Assembly: GCF_000143415.4 (NCBI RefSeq)
Contig: NW_003314263.1
Coordinates: forward strand, 557,035-621,034
Direction of reading: 5' to 3'
DNA: 64,000 bases
Origin: Selaginella moellendorffii
Lineage: Eukaryota > Plantae > Lycopodiophyta
Shown piece after piece: positions 1 to 13,021 of this stretch. Both the position numbers and the translations under genes were made by a program. The notes beneath the pieces are model-generated. The model worked only from the letters and a program-made list of their open reading frames with translations, had not been told where the DNA came from and did no database searches. Positions within the stretch are counted from its first letter, which is position 1. Every line of letters begins with the position of its first letter.

Positions 1-2
1 AC

Positions 3-385
3 CTCCTGAAATGCCCGATAGAAGCCCCAAATCCATGGACGAGAAGAATCGCGGGGCCTCCACTCGAAACGAGAGCAGCGTAGTTGATCTTGTACAACCC
101 CTTCCACTCCCAGACCTTGCACTGGCTGTAAATCTCTTCCATTCCCGGGCCGATGTCTCCAGGAGCGACCTCTTGCTGCTCCTCTCCACCGCCTGCCAGG
201 GCAATTCCAATGCTCGCCTCCGGCAATCCAACAACGCTGCTGCTCGCGCTTGCTTCGCTTTCTTGAGACGACGATCCAGCTGCGCAACTCACGCGATTTC
301 TGTAAGCAATGCGGCATCTTCCCCCCTGGATCGAAAATCTAGAAGAAGAAACGCTGAGAGAAGCGTTGAGGGCTATTGCCGCCAT
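3..385 (-). CDS. First exon of a plastid-targeted alpha/beta hydrolase (CLD1/pheophytinase-like); gene runs off the left edge
   Basis: Not in the ORF track. Manual translation from ATG 385: MAAIALNASLSVSSSRF...CKVWEWKGLYKINY...GPAILLVHGFGASIGHFRR, ending at a GT donor at 2-1. Ser/Ala-rich transit peptide and the LLVHGFGAS oxyanion motif. Confidence 0.85.
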   Translation of the reverse strand, partial: MAAIALNASLSVSSSRFSIQGGRCRIAYRNRVSCAAGSSSQESEASASSSVVGLPEASIGIALAGGGEEQQEVAPGDIGPGMEEIYSQCKVWEWKGLYKINYAALVSSGGPAILLVHGFGASIGHFR

Positions 386-420
386 AGCCAAATTAACGTT
401 AAGTTTCTAGGGTTCTTCAT

Positions 421-428
421 TTTCCCGC
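421..428 (+). promoter_or_regulatory. E2F-binding element TTTCCCGC
   Basis: Exact E2F consensus about 45 bp upstream of the primase ATG, as expected for a replication gene. Confidence 0.65.
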
Positions 429-469
429 CATTTTCTTTCCTCTTTCTTCTAGGGCTTTAGCGAGCGGCT

Positions 470-2492
470 ATGGCGGGTGAGTCGATTTCTCTGCGCGCCG
501 CTGTTGACGACGACGAATGCAGGTGATCCGATGGAAATCGACGGATTCAAGCAACAGCAAGGGCAGGCGCTTTGCAATCCCGAGCTTTTGAGCCTCTATT
601 ACAGTGAGATTGTTCGTTCTAGTGTGCTAGCGCCTAAGCTGGATCGCGATTCTCCAGGACGGATTTTCCCTTTCGCTGAGATGTACAAGTGGCTATCGTA
701 TGGCAATGGTACGTTTCTAGACGATACCAGTCTAGATCTAACTTCGGTCGTCTTTTCGTAGATGGAAAGCATCCTTCTTGCGATTCTTCGTTTTTTGGGC
801 GGAGAGAGTTCTCTTTCACTCTGGAGAACGACATTTATTTGCGGTACATGTCTTTCCGCGATGCGTCGGAATTTGAAGCTACTGTGTGTGAAAAGCGTCC
901 TCAAAAAATTGATATTGGAGCGGTTTACAGTGTGGATGTAAGTTCCTGGTTGTGTTTTTTTTCTTTCTTTCCTAACACTTTTTTCCTCGCAGCCTGCCAA
1001 GCGCTTAGCGTATGCCAACGTTTCCAATGATAGAGTTTTTGCTCCCGTCGAGAAGGAATTGGTATTTGATGTTGTGAGTGCCAGAACTTCTATATATAAG
1101 GGTCAGAAACTCACCACGCTTGCAGGACATGACAGACTACGATGACATTCGAAACTGTTGTTCTGGAGCCGACATTTGTTTGAAGTGCTGGCCGCTCATG
1201 ACAATAGCTATCAAAGTTGTTGATTCGACTTTGCGAGGTAGCGGTCGTCTGATTTTGGTTGAATGCTCATTGGTTTCTGGCGCCTAGAGGACTTCGGGTT
1301 TGATCACATCCTATGGGTATATAGTGGACGACGAGGAGTACACTGCTGGGTGTGTGACGCACGAGCTCGCAAGCTGACTAATGAGCAAAGAGCGTCCATT
1401 GCTGACTACTTTCGAGTTTATAAGGTTTGAGATTTAATTCTTTAGTCGTGAGGATCTGACTTCGTGAAAAGGGTAACGAGAATAACAACAGGAAGGTGTC
1501 CTTGCCTACACATCTTCATCCATTTCTAGCGTATGTGTCTCGTTCTTTTTTGTTAGTTATTGATTCGACAATGGACATGACAGGAGAACTTATTCACAGT
1601 TTTTGAGTCGCTATTTTGACGAAGAAATCCTGATAAAGCAGAGTTTGCTGCATCCTCAAGAGAATGCTGACAAGGTTCTTAAGCTGCTCTCTGGTGAAGG
1701 TATGTCAATGCAGTATATGTCTAGCGTTTATTCCGAGCTTCCAGTTCAATTGGAGGAGAAAAAGCGTAATAATACATTGCTCCCTGACAAGATAAATAGA
1801 CAGCGCTGGGCAGATTTACAGAGGAAGCTCATGCAGAAGCGAGGTATTCAAAGAGAGCTTGTATTTACTTATACGTACCCAAGACTGGACCTGGAGGTGA
1901 GGGAACAACTTTAAGTTATTTCCCCTCTTGTTTTGCTCACTGTTGTATAACAGGTAACTAAGAAAATGAATCATCTGCTAAAGGCGCCTTTCTGCATCCA
2001 TCCAAAGACTGGTAATGCATGGCTTACCATCTTAAACTGTTTTATCACTTGTCAGTTGTGGTGTAGGACGCGTCTGCGTGCCTATCGATCCTGCAGACTG
2101 CGACAATTTTGATCCAACGACTGTCCCGACATTGCCAGAGGTACTGGTCTTCAGATTAAAACATGTAAATTCTAGTTTTTCTTCTGTTTCCAGCTGCTCA
2201 ATGATCTAAACAACGGCGATGCGCGTCCAGTATCCAAAGGTACCGGCTCTTTCTTTTTAAGTTCTCACATTTTCCTGTACAGATTGGGAACGCACGTCCC
2301 TTGCCAAGTCAATTCGCTTCTTCAAGTCGTCCTTCCTCGAGCCTCTTCTCAAGGAATGCAGAGTAAGTTTTTCTTTTTTTTTTTCCGCAACAGGTTTGAA
2401 ATTCCTGGCCGTGCAAAATGCAGTGTCAGCTGGAAGCAAGCCATCACAAGAAGCTGCAAGAAATGTCGGCAAGACCAAACTTTACCTGGTAG
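470..2492 (+). CDS. PRIM1: DNA primase small (catalytic) subunit, multi-exon
   Basis: Exons encode [91 protein letters not shown]; ends ...RPNFTW* at 2492; GT-AG introns of about 50 nt. Confidence 0.95.
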
Positions 2493-2713
2493 TTTTTAAA
2501 TGAAAGCAATGTAACCTTTCATTCATGGTAAGAATAAAAGCTATTGTTCATCAATGTGTTTGGATTTAACGTTGTGATATTTTAGGGCCTTGGCTTTCGA
2601 GCCTGTCTTCTCACTGTTCGCTGTGTCTACTGTAGTTCTTTTCGGCTTGCATTAGCAGGTCTCGTTTTGCTTCTCACCTTGTGTGACAGTTTGCCGTCTT
2701 CGTGTCTCTAGAA

Positions 2714-4856
2714 ATGGGGGAAGCGAACATTGGCCTCAAGCCAATAGACGCGGAAGAATTTCGCAAGCATGCTCACGAGATGGTGGACTTCATTGCAGAT
2801 TATTACCGTGATATTGAGAGCTTTCCCGTTCGCAGTCAAGTCTCTGTACGTTTTTCCTTCTTCCTCCAATTTCTAATTTGCCTGACACTTGATTTATTGA
2901 GCAGCCTGGATACTTGAAAACTTTGTTGCCTCCGGCTGCGCCTGAAGATCCCGAAACGCTGGAGGAAGTTTTTGCCGGTATGTTCTTTTTCCAAGCGCAA
3001 TAAAATGCCGAGTTTCCTTCCTTTCAGATATTCAGAGCAAGGCAAAGCCCGAATTTTTTCGGATATTATCCGTCCAACAGTAGCACGGCAGGGCTCTTGG
3101 GGGAAATGTTAAGTGCTGGATTGAACATTGTTGGATTTAGCTGGATAACTTCGCCGGCGGCGACAGAGCTGGAGACCATTGTTCTTGACTGGCTTGCAAA
3201 GCTGTTGAAACTTCCCGACGAGTTTCTATTTGGAGGTATGGTGGAAATTTTAGATTATAAGATCATTATTCTTACACTTTACAATGCAGGTAATGGCGGC
3301 GGAGTGATTCAAGGGACTGCTAGTGAGGCAGTTGCTGTGGTGCTACTCGCTGCTCGAACTCGAGCCATTTCAGGAAACAAGAGAAAAGGTTTGTCGGAAG
3401 CGGAGATTCTTTCAAAGCTGGCGGTGTATACGTCAGATCAAACTCATTCCTGTCTGCAAAAAGGATGTGTGGTACGCCATTTCAAGCTTCTAGTCCTTTC
3501 AATCCGTGATAACCTCTTCGTGTTTGTTGTACAGATTGCTGGGATTCCTCTTGAAAATCTAGTGATTGTTCCAACTGATAGCTCAACAAATTATGCAGTA
3601 TCACCAGCTGCGATGAGACAAGCACTTGAGGATGGCGTCAAGCAGGGACTTTTGCCATTCTTCCTTTGCGGGACTGTGAGTTCGTGCAACTAGCTTGTCT
3701 CCCTCCTTACGCCTGTTATGTTCTTTCCTAGGTGGGAACTACATCATCTTCGGCCGTGGATCCATTGTCTGCTTTAGGAGATATTGCAAAGGTATAGCTC
3801 TTTTCTTTTCAATTTCTATCGATCTCAAAATGCAAGAATGTTACCAGGATTTTGGAATGTGGTTCCACGTTGACGCTGCCTACGCTGGCTCTGCGTGCAT
3901 CTGCCCAGAGTTTCGGCATCACCTGGATGGAGTTGAGAAAGCAGATTCGTTTAACATGAACGCACATAAGTGGCTGCTTACAAACTTCGATTGTTCTGCT
4001 CTTTGGGTGAAGGTAAAGTGGTGTTCATTCATTTTCCAAGAGTTCTTATACCTTTTGCTTTTCTCGATAGGAATCCAGCCATCTGGTGTCAGCTCTTTCT
4101 ACAACACCTGAGTTCTTGCGTAACAAGGTAGCGCATATCTTTCTCACTTTCGTGTTTAAGTTTCCTTTTCCTTTCTTTGTTGTTCCAGGCATCTGATTTA
4201 AATCAAGTTGTCGACTACAAAGACTGGCAGATACCTCTCGGCAGAAGATTCAGGTTCTAGTCTTCCGTTTTTCCCTTTAAAATCAAATCCTTAGGAAACA
4301 TTGTAAAACAGGTCGTTGAAGCTGTGGTTTGTCATGCGCATGAATGGCGCTTCTGGATTACGGAGCTACATAAGGAACCATGTCCGCCTTGCAAAGCGCT
4401 TCGAAGGCTTCGTGCGTGAAGACCCACGCTTCCAAGTAAGGCACACGTTCTATTCTTCAAACACGCTGGCACCATTTTGCAGCTTCTAGTTCCTCGCACA
4501 TTCGGCTTGATTTGCTTCAGGCTAAAGCCAGAAAGCGATGATCCGGACAACGGACGCACTCTAAACTCGACGCTTCTGGAGACTGTCAATTCCAGCGGAA
4601 GAATGTTTATCACTCACACGGTAAGCCAGCAAAACTATCGCGAATCCGAGCTCTCTTCTCAAAGTTATACTTGCCTGAATAGGTGCTCTCGGGCGTCTAC
4701 ACGCTGAGGATGGCCATCGGCGCTCCACTCACGCAAGACAAGCACGTAGACGCTGCGTGGAAGCTCATCCAAGAAGAAGCCACCACCCTCTTTGAGATAA
4801 ACTTGGTTAAGGGCCCTTCGCATATTCTTGCGAATAATCTTTGTTCCGAAATTTAA
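2714..4856 (+). CDS. PLP-dependent aromatic L-amino acid decarboxylase family (aldehyde-synthase type); apparent frameshift at about 3042
   Basis: [50 protein letters not shown] (PLP lysine), [16 protein letters not shown]. Confidence 0.9.
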
Positions 4857-5191
4857 AAGACTTGGTTTAGGGTTTAGGTGCTTCGGATATGCTTGCGAAT
4901 AATCTTTGTTTTTAGTATATTCTCTGATATTTGGATATGATCTGGGCCATTGATTCTAGGGTTCCTCGTGGTTTTGCGGCGATAGACTAGAGTCACTCAA
5001 GCGCCTCGTGTCCATGGCGCATTTTGAGCGCTGAAAGTCGCCAAGATCGATGTCTTCCACGGGATACCAGCAGCGCTGATGATCCTTTCCATCAGCTTTG
5101 TCAAATTTCTCGTGCCACATCTGTGAAGAATGATCCGAAGAATGATCTATTCCAATCGTGTTAGATAAATGTTTGCTAAGTGTAACGCTAT

Positions 5192-8100
5192 TTACAGATC
5201 AAGGCCCGGCACCATCGCCACCGTCACGACCCAATACTCGGTTCCCACGGGCAGCTCATACGAGTTTGCTCGATGCCTCCCCATCACCGACGAGGAAGAA
5301 GAAGCTCCTCCCTCCAAGATCGAGAAGCTGGAGGAGCTAGCACCGGGCGGCGCTGCGACGGTGTGGTGCTCGATGTGGACGATCTGGCCGACTATATACT
5401 TCCGCCGCTGCTCGTTCTTGCCGTGGAACAGCGCGATGGATTCCTCCGATAGAAAATAGTTTGGGCAGTTCCGGTTGAGCGCTTCGTAGTGACCAGCCGC
5501 GTTTGGAGCGAAGAGTGCCAGCTCGTGGACCTCGAATCGTGTCAGGCAGATCTTCTCCTTGCTAGCCTGCAAGGTTTCCACAGAGTCTCCCAAGGTGTCA
5601 AGAACCAAAAAAAAAAACGGGTTTTTCTTTAGAAAAAATCTCCAGCCATTCTCTCTAAGTCGTCTAGAGTAAGTACCTGTTTCTCAAGTTTACACTTTGC
5701 GAAGAGGCTCTTGGCCATCTCGGCTTTGTTCTCCACCTCCTTCCTCAGCTGGCTCTGCGAGCTCTCCGCAAGCTTGACGCGCTCGGCGAGCTCGGCGCGC
5801 TGCTGAGCCAGAAACGTCACCCTGTCCGCTAGGATGCTGATAAACGATCGAAACTCCGCTCCCACATCGTCTCCACCATCACTGCCAAAGAACTAACTTA
5901 GCAAGCCTTCCAAAGAACTAACTTAGCAAACTTTCCAAAGCGCGGACGAACGACTTACCTCGGCAGTGAAGCGGACAAGGAGCGTAGAGAGTCCATGAAA
6001 CCGGCAGGGCCACCGGCCGGAGAGGCAATGCAGCTCCTCAGCCTCTCCAGCAAGCCGCGAAGCTTGACGCTGGAGGCGCGAAGAACGTTGTACTCGGACG
6101 CTCGGCGGTCGGCCGCGCAGAGGTGGATTTGCGCCTCCTCCCGTGCCTCGTGAAGCCTATTCTCCAGATGCGCAGAGTTCATCTGACACTGCCTGAGTAG
6201 CTCCGCGCTCGTCTCAAGCTCTTCTCGAAGCCTCACCACCTCTGAAAGCACGGGCTCGTCCGCCGGCCACTCCCTCGTCTGTGAGAACACGTCCTTGACT
6301 GGATGCTGGTTCTTCGCTTCCTCGGACTGTGCGCTACTGTCTTCCTGTCCCGTGGCACCATCCATCGGCTCCACCGCTGCTCCAGTGATAGCCGAGTTAT
6401 CCGACTCTTCCCTGCGTTGATCTTCACTCGACACCATCGTATCCAAGTCGGTTCTCTCACGTTCCTCTTGCTCCCTCAGCCTGTCTTCCAGCTCTCGGAT
6501 CCGGGACTCGTATGAACTACACCGGCCCTCCTTCTCGGTTATGATTCTGTGCAAGTGTTTGGCATGCTCGTCTTTCAGCCTCAGAGCCTCGGCAGTTCTC
6601 TCGGCCGAGCTCAAGTTCCCACGTATCTCTTGGTCCTCGGCATCCCCCAGGATGTCTGGCTGAAAGCCGGGGTCGATGCTGCAGATAAATGCGATGGACG
6701 CTGCTAACTGAGCTCTCAGCCTGGCATTCTCGACCTCCAACTTACTCGTGCCAGATATCTCGTCAGTGCAAAAGTCTTCCTTTCCTTCTGGATCACCCCA
6801 GTCGTCCGCCGGAGAATCAGCCTTGAGTGACCCTGTTACCTGATAAGGAGCATACTTCTCCACATCCGCCAAGTCGATGTCCAGTAAGTTGGAGTCGAAA
6901 GACGCGAGGTTGATGAGGAACTGACTGGGAACCTCAAGCAGTCCCATTTGCGATAAAAGCTCTCGAGGCAAAGCAGCCGTGTGCGTTTGTAGAAACTCTT
7001 CCCTGCGGACCACCTCTTTCTCCCTCTTGGCGGCCATCCTCTCTGCGAGTTGCCCGGCCTGCCCGAGGTAGAGCTTCATATAAGACTTCCTCCTCACGAC
7101 CTCGGCGAGGCAAGCCTTGTAAGAACTCCCGACCCTGCGGAACTGCTTGAGCATCTCAAAGTTCTCGTCCTGGCGAGCCATGACTTCCCGGAACCCGGAT
7201 ATCTGGTTCCTCGTCAACTTTATACTGGCCTGGAGCGACGCCACGCTCTGCATCCTCTGGTGGACGCACAGCGTCATCGCGTTCTTCCCCACGACCAGCT
7301 GCTGGAGAAGCTTTGCGAGCTCGGCATCGCAGTCCTCCATTCTCGGCAAGTGACTCTTGACCTGCACATCATGCATCGGGCCGAGAGCCAACAGTGCGTC
7401 CTGAACTTGCATGGATGAATACCTTCCGTCGGAGTAGTCATCGCTCAGCCTCTTCACCTTGGTCACATCCTTCCTGGAAAGAAAAGAAGCAAGATCATTT
7501 CAACTTCCACTAGAAACTTCATAAAAAACTCTTTTTCTTACCTCAACGACTGAAGGATCGTCGACTGTTCATCGATAAACCTTGCGTGCAATCCAAGAGT
7601 CCGCTCCAGATTCTCCAAGCTCACCGCGGATGGCTCCTCGAGAAAGTCTTCCACCCTCCGCTTCAAGCCCGAGTACTCGGACGCCAGCCCGGCCACCTTC
7701 GTGCAGAGCTGCTTGTGATACACGCCACAGTCGTCGGCCGACTTGCGCAAGCTCCCTTCCTTGACGCAATCCAAGAGAGTGTACCGTGTCTCCGTCCTGA
7801 GGGCCGGATGGAGCTTGCAAGCACGCAATCTCTCGATATCCTTGCCCAAGTTTGCCAGAACCTCCGTGTGCTGCTGGCTCTGCCGCTGGAAATCCTCCAC
7901 AAACTCGCCATAGACGTGCTGGATGCTGCGGTAGTGCTGCTCCATGCTTCGCCGGACAGTCTCTAGCGCCATGTCCTGGACACGAATCTCTCGAGCGAGC
8001 TTGTGGCATGCATCGAGCTTCTTCTGGCTAGCGCTCAAGATGGCGTGACCCTTCTGGAAGTTATACCGGAATTGCCTCTCGGAAGAAACCAAAGGAGAGG

Positions 8101-8422
8101 AGCTTCCACTCCTCTCGGCCGCTGGAGCCTCCGGAAGAACTGGCACGACATTCTCTGGAGCTCCCTGCTGTGGCGGCAGCGGCGAATTCGGCGCTAGTCG
8201 CTGGCGATTGAAGAGGAAGATCGGCCTCTCGTCGTCTGGGAGGCGGTAGAATCCCAGTGACCTGTGTGAATCCAAGCGGGCATCGCCGGAGAAGAGGAGC
8301 TGGTCTTGCCTGAGCACGCCGGTGAGCGACGCCAAGACATCCTGGATTTCTTCCACCCTCGTCCCCGCCTGGCAGTCCTCCAGCTCGAAGGACTGGCCGC
8401 TCTCGGCGACATGGATCATCAT
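5192..8422 (-). CDS. ATG11: Autophagy-related protein 11, 4 exons
   Basis: N-terminal HVAESGQSFEL ubiquitin-like region, Atg17-like YKACLAEVVRRK, coiled coil, C-terminal claw YIVGQIVHIE...LPVGTEYWVVTV; start codon uncertain. Confidence 0.93.
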
Positions 8423-8714
8423 CGTTGGCGATGGAAATTTTGCCCTTTCACATTCCTCGCCCTCTTCCAAGAGCGCGATCGATCGATGGAGCGAGGAGAG
8501 GAGACGAGGAAGCGTGGATCACTGCCACACGCGTCCTAAATGCTTACTTGAATTGCGCCCGCGGGGAAAGCAAGGATTTCTCCACTCGAGGACGCCGCCC
8601 TAACTGAAGCCCTCGCTGGTTTATAGGGTTTAGATGCTTCCAAACTTACAATCCTTGGGTACAATTAGCCCCTTAATATAGTGGTTGTGCGTAACCACTA
8701 ATTAGAAGTCCTCC

Positions 8715-9007
8715 ATGGCTTCTCGCGATCATGCTCGGTGCTCTTTTCCATGCAAGCCAAGCTTACACTGCTGTTCAAAGGCGCAAGCACAAAGATCTAT
8801 CGCACAGTTTTCCGGATTGCTTGTTGTGATTCATGGACGCTAAAGAACGAGTTTACCGAGAACTACGAGCTTGTAAAGGGAGCACTAGCAAAACTGGGCA
8901 ATGAGGATGAGGGCCCGTTTCTCTGTGAAGCCCACGAGCCAGGAGCACTGCCCAAGCTCTTCAAGGCCATGTCATCCCTCGGCCAAAGTGGTGGTGCTGC
9001 CATTTGA
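8715..9007 (+). pseudogene. Internally deleted tau-class GST remnant
   Basis: Begins ATGGCTTCTCGCGATCA like the GSTs at 15244 and 53810; colinear pieces (NEFTENYELVKGALAKLGNEDEGPF; catccctcggccaaagtgg) with large deletions and frameshifts. Confidence 0.85.
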
Positions 9008-9542
9008 GACCTTTAGGGACTTTCTCTTATGTGTCAATGGCTTCTGTTATATAGCTCGAATTTTTTTTATATTAACACTCTTTCCTATTATCATTACAAA
9101 TGCATAATACATTTCATTTATAATTTTTGAACTGATTCTTCTAGAATTTCAACACTTAAATTGCACTTTTATAGAGTCGAAAGTATATTTTTTTAATATA
9201 CAGAGAACACAATTTCACATTGAAAAACTATAACCACTAGCAACGTTCTTAAAGATTTTTGATAATAATTATATTTTATAAATATTTCTATAAGTTCTTT
9301 TTTTTCAATTTTTGCTATGTAAAATACATTTAGTATTGTGAGTGCATGGAATATGGAAAGGGAATACAGAAATGTGCATATCAATTAGCCCAAAAACCCT
9401 AGCTTATATACAAGAGCGAGTGGTCTGGATTGAAACCAATCCGACGGCTACCAAAATCCACTACGCTAATATTAGTATACGGCATCGTAGCCGTACACTT
9501 GGCCCTCACATCATCCCCTCCTCTCGGAATAATGGAAGGCCG

Positions 9543-12500
9543 TCAGGGTTCTCTTGTAGATGGGCCGGGATCTGGAGGAACGTCAGGAGGAGGCATTGGT
9601 GGATCTGTAGACGGTATTAACTGCTCCTGATCCCTTTGTATGAAGCGTTTTAACCGCTGCACATGCACAATCTCCGGAGGATCGGCCTGCTGAACGTCAT
9701 GCCGAACCTCATAAACTTGTGGTCCAACTTGCCGCAACACCCGATACGGTCCTTTCCACTGCGCAAGGAGCCCCTTAGATAAACCACGTACCGTAAGATG
9801 GGGAAAACAGATTAACACACTTTGTACTCCGCAGGTGGACGATGATGGGAATTGTAACGCCGTTGTTGTCCCACTTGTACGCGGCCTAAGTGTTCAGCAG
9901 ACTCTACTCGGACAAGTGGAAGAATGCTTGTCAAATATTGATCCCATGACCTAGCATCAGGAGCTCGTGGCAATCGCGAAGGTAAACCCAGCTCTGTTGG
10001 TAATATTGGATCATGACCATATAGAAGTTTATATGGTGAAGCACCAACAAAACTCTGCACCCCTGTGACATAGGCATACCGAAGAGACGGCAAATAACCA
10101 TCCCAATCCGAATGTTGAAAGTTCACATACTTCGCAATCATCCCTTTGAATGTCCGAACGAGCCGTTCCACCAGACCGTCTGATTGTGGATGATAAGCAC
10201 TCGTAAAAGTGTGGCGTATCCCCAACCGAGATGTCAAAACATGAAATACCTCAGCCATAAATGCAGGACCATTATCCGAAAGAATCCGCTCTGGACAAGA
10301 ATGCTGGAACACCACTCGATTGAGGAGGAAGTATCCAACAGCAGTTGCAGAAGCACTAGCAAGAGCACCAACTTCCACCCAACGAGTCAAGTAGTCAGAA
10401 GCAATAATAACATACTCATTGCCAGCAGTCGATCGCGGAAAAGGTCCCATAAGATCAAACGCCACCAACTCAAACGGACGAGAAACTGCAATTGACTCCA
10501 ACCGTCTTTCCGCAGCACAAGGGGGAGTATTACGAGCTTGGCACCAAACGCAGCTACGCACATACCGGATAATATCACGTCGCATCTCTGGCCAATAGAA
10601 AGATCTGCGCAGCTTCTCGGTGACACGACGGTGTCCCATATGCCCACCTAGAATAGGAGAATCATGGTAGGCATGGAGAAACCGCGGAATAAACACCGAA
10701 GGCACCACCAGCCGTAAATGATCAGCAGGATCCGTCCCCACAAAATAAAGAAGGCCATCTTCAAGGCGATATTGAGAATGTAAATGCCGAAAAGGCAAGT
10801 CATCAGCAAGTGATGCAGGATTCTCAAACCCATCTCGAAGCCTTCGAATCCACGGCTCAATCTTTTGAGCCTCGCGAACCTCATCAAGAGAAGGTAGATC
10901 TTGCTCTATGCCCTGTGAGCACTGAACGTCAATGACAGCGACCGCCGACGGCACAGAATCCTCATTTAGAAAATCCACAGATGCTGGAACAACAGGTTCG
11001 TCAGAAACATGAGAAGTGAGTGGAGAAGGAAGAGGAGCTCGAGAAAGGGCATCAGCATCAGCCATAGAACTCCTTGGGCGATGAACAACATCAAAATCAT
11101 ATATCTGAAGCTTCAAAGCCCATCGAGCCGTACGACCAACCAGGTTCTTCCGCTTCAATAATGAAGTAACAGCAGCATGGTCACCTTCAAGTAACGTCCG
11201 AGAACCATGTAGATATGCATGAAGTTTCTCGAAACCCCAGACTGCTGCTAAACACTCCTTCTCCGTCGTGGAGTAGTTCATCTCCGCTGGTTGTAATGTA
11301 CGGCTGATGTATGCAATGGGATGGCGCTGACCAGGCACACTCGAGCTCTCTTGCATCAACACACCTCCAAGACCAATGTCAGAAGCATCCACGCGCAAAA
11401 TAAAAGGTCGAGTGTAGTCAGGATATGCCAAAACCGGAGGAGTCGTCAATAGCTCTTTGAGATTCACGAACGCCCGCTCACAATCGGGAGACCAGATGAA
11501 AGATGACGTTGATGACTTCAGCAACGCTCGCAATGGTGTAGTGCGATCGGAAAGATGATCCACAAAACGACCGAGATACTGCACCTTACCCAAAAAACGC
11601 TGCACATCATTCACACACTTTGGAGTAGGGAACTTTAGAACAGCCACAAGTTTGTCAGGATCAACTTGCAAACCCTCACGAGAAATACGGTACCCAAGAT
11701 AAGTTGTGTCCTTGGACCCAAACACGCACTTCGACCGCTTCAGCTTTAAACCAACGTCGCATAGCCGATCCAACACTTTACAAACATCACGAACATGCTC
11801 CTCCCACGTCCCCTCCGAGTGGATCAAGACATCATCAATGAAGTCAGCTGTCACCTTCGGCATATCGCAAAGAACCTCGTCCATCATCCGCTGAAAAGTT
11901 GCTGGAGCATTGTTCAAACTAAACGGCATCACCAAAAACTCGTACAAACCAAATGGTGTACGAAAAGCAGTCTTAGGAATATCTTCTTCAGCCATCGGTA
12001 CTTGCCAATACCCAGAAGCAAGATCTAGCTTGGTGAACCAACGACTTCGCCCCAGACGATCCAAGAGATCAGCAGTGTGAGGAAGAGGGTACACGTCCGG
12101 AATCGTCACTTCATTTAACGGACGATAGTCGATGCAGAAACGAATACTCCCATCAGGCTTCGTCACAAGATGAGGTTCACATGCCCAAGGACTCCGCGAC
12201 TTCCGAATAACACCCTTCTCCAACATCTCCTTGACGTTTGCACGTAAAATCTTGATCTCCTTGGGTGACCGACGACGAACAGGAACCTTGATTGGACGAG
12301 CATCCCCGGTTGGAATGGGATGACGTGTGGCAATCTTGGCCCCAGACGATAGGTCAAACTCAAAGAGATCAGAATACTCCTTCATGAGCTGGTCAACAGC
12401 TGCAACACAAAGATCATCGGAGGGATCGGAAAAAGGAAGAGCAGAACAAGATGAAAACACAAGAGGAAATAGTGGGGGAACAAAAGTAATGGAAGCAAAG

Positions 12501-13021
12501 GTAGAAGTAGAGGGACGAAGAGGTACGGAAGTGAGAGGAATGGATGAAACATAAGGAAGTATGAGACAAGGGGGAAAAGCCTCAAAGTCACACTTGGCAT
12601 GATTGTGCTGCAACCAATCCATACCAAGAATGAGGTCAAAAGCTTGACTCGGCACCACCCGCAACGACTGCAACTCAAGCTCGAGATCGCCCACACGCAC
12701 AACCAGGTCCGCCTCATCTCGTGCACATGCATGTGTACGGCCGTTGCCATAAAGAATGAAAACTGGATCTGCCGCACGACGCAAGTGTAGACGACAACGT
12801 GTGGCAACAGGTCGAGCAATAGAAGATAAACTCGAACCTGTATCAACCAACACGGAGAGAAGAATAGGAGACCTCTTGTTATAAAAACGAGCTTGGAAAG
12901 TAAACACTGGATGAACCGGTGCCGAGTGAACCCCTTGATGATACTCCCGAAAGAAAGATGGAGGGGTCACTAACTTATTCGCGCAAGGTCCCTCCATTAC
13001 TCGCGCGACTCCTTGTTTCCC
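9543..13021 (-). CDS. Pol of A1 (protease, RT, RNase H, integrase); frameshift near 9815 separates the GPY/F tail
   Basis: [59 protein letters not shown]; WKGPYRV lies in another frame; A2 has about 10 extra nt at this point. Confidence 0.95.

Noticed and set aside
11-460. 149-aa plus-strand ORF
   Set aside because: Antisense shadow of the hydrolase exon
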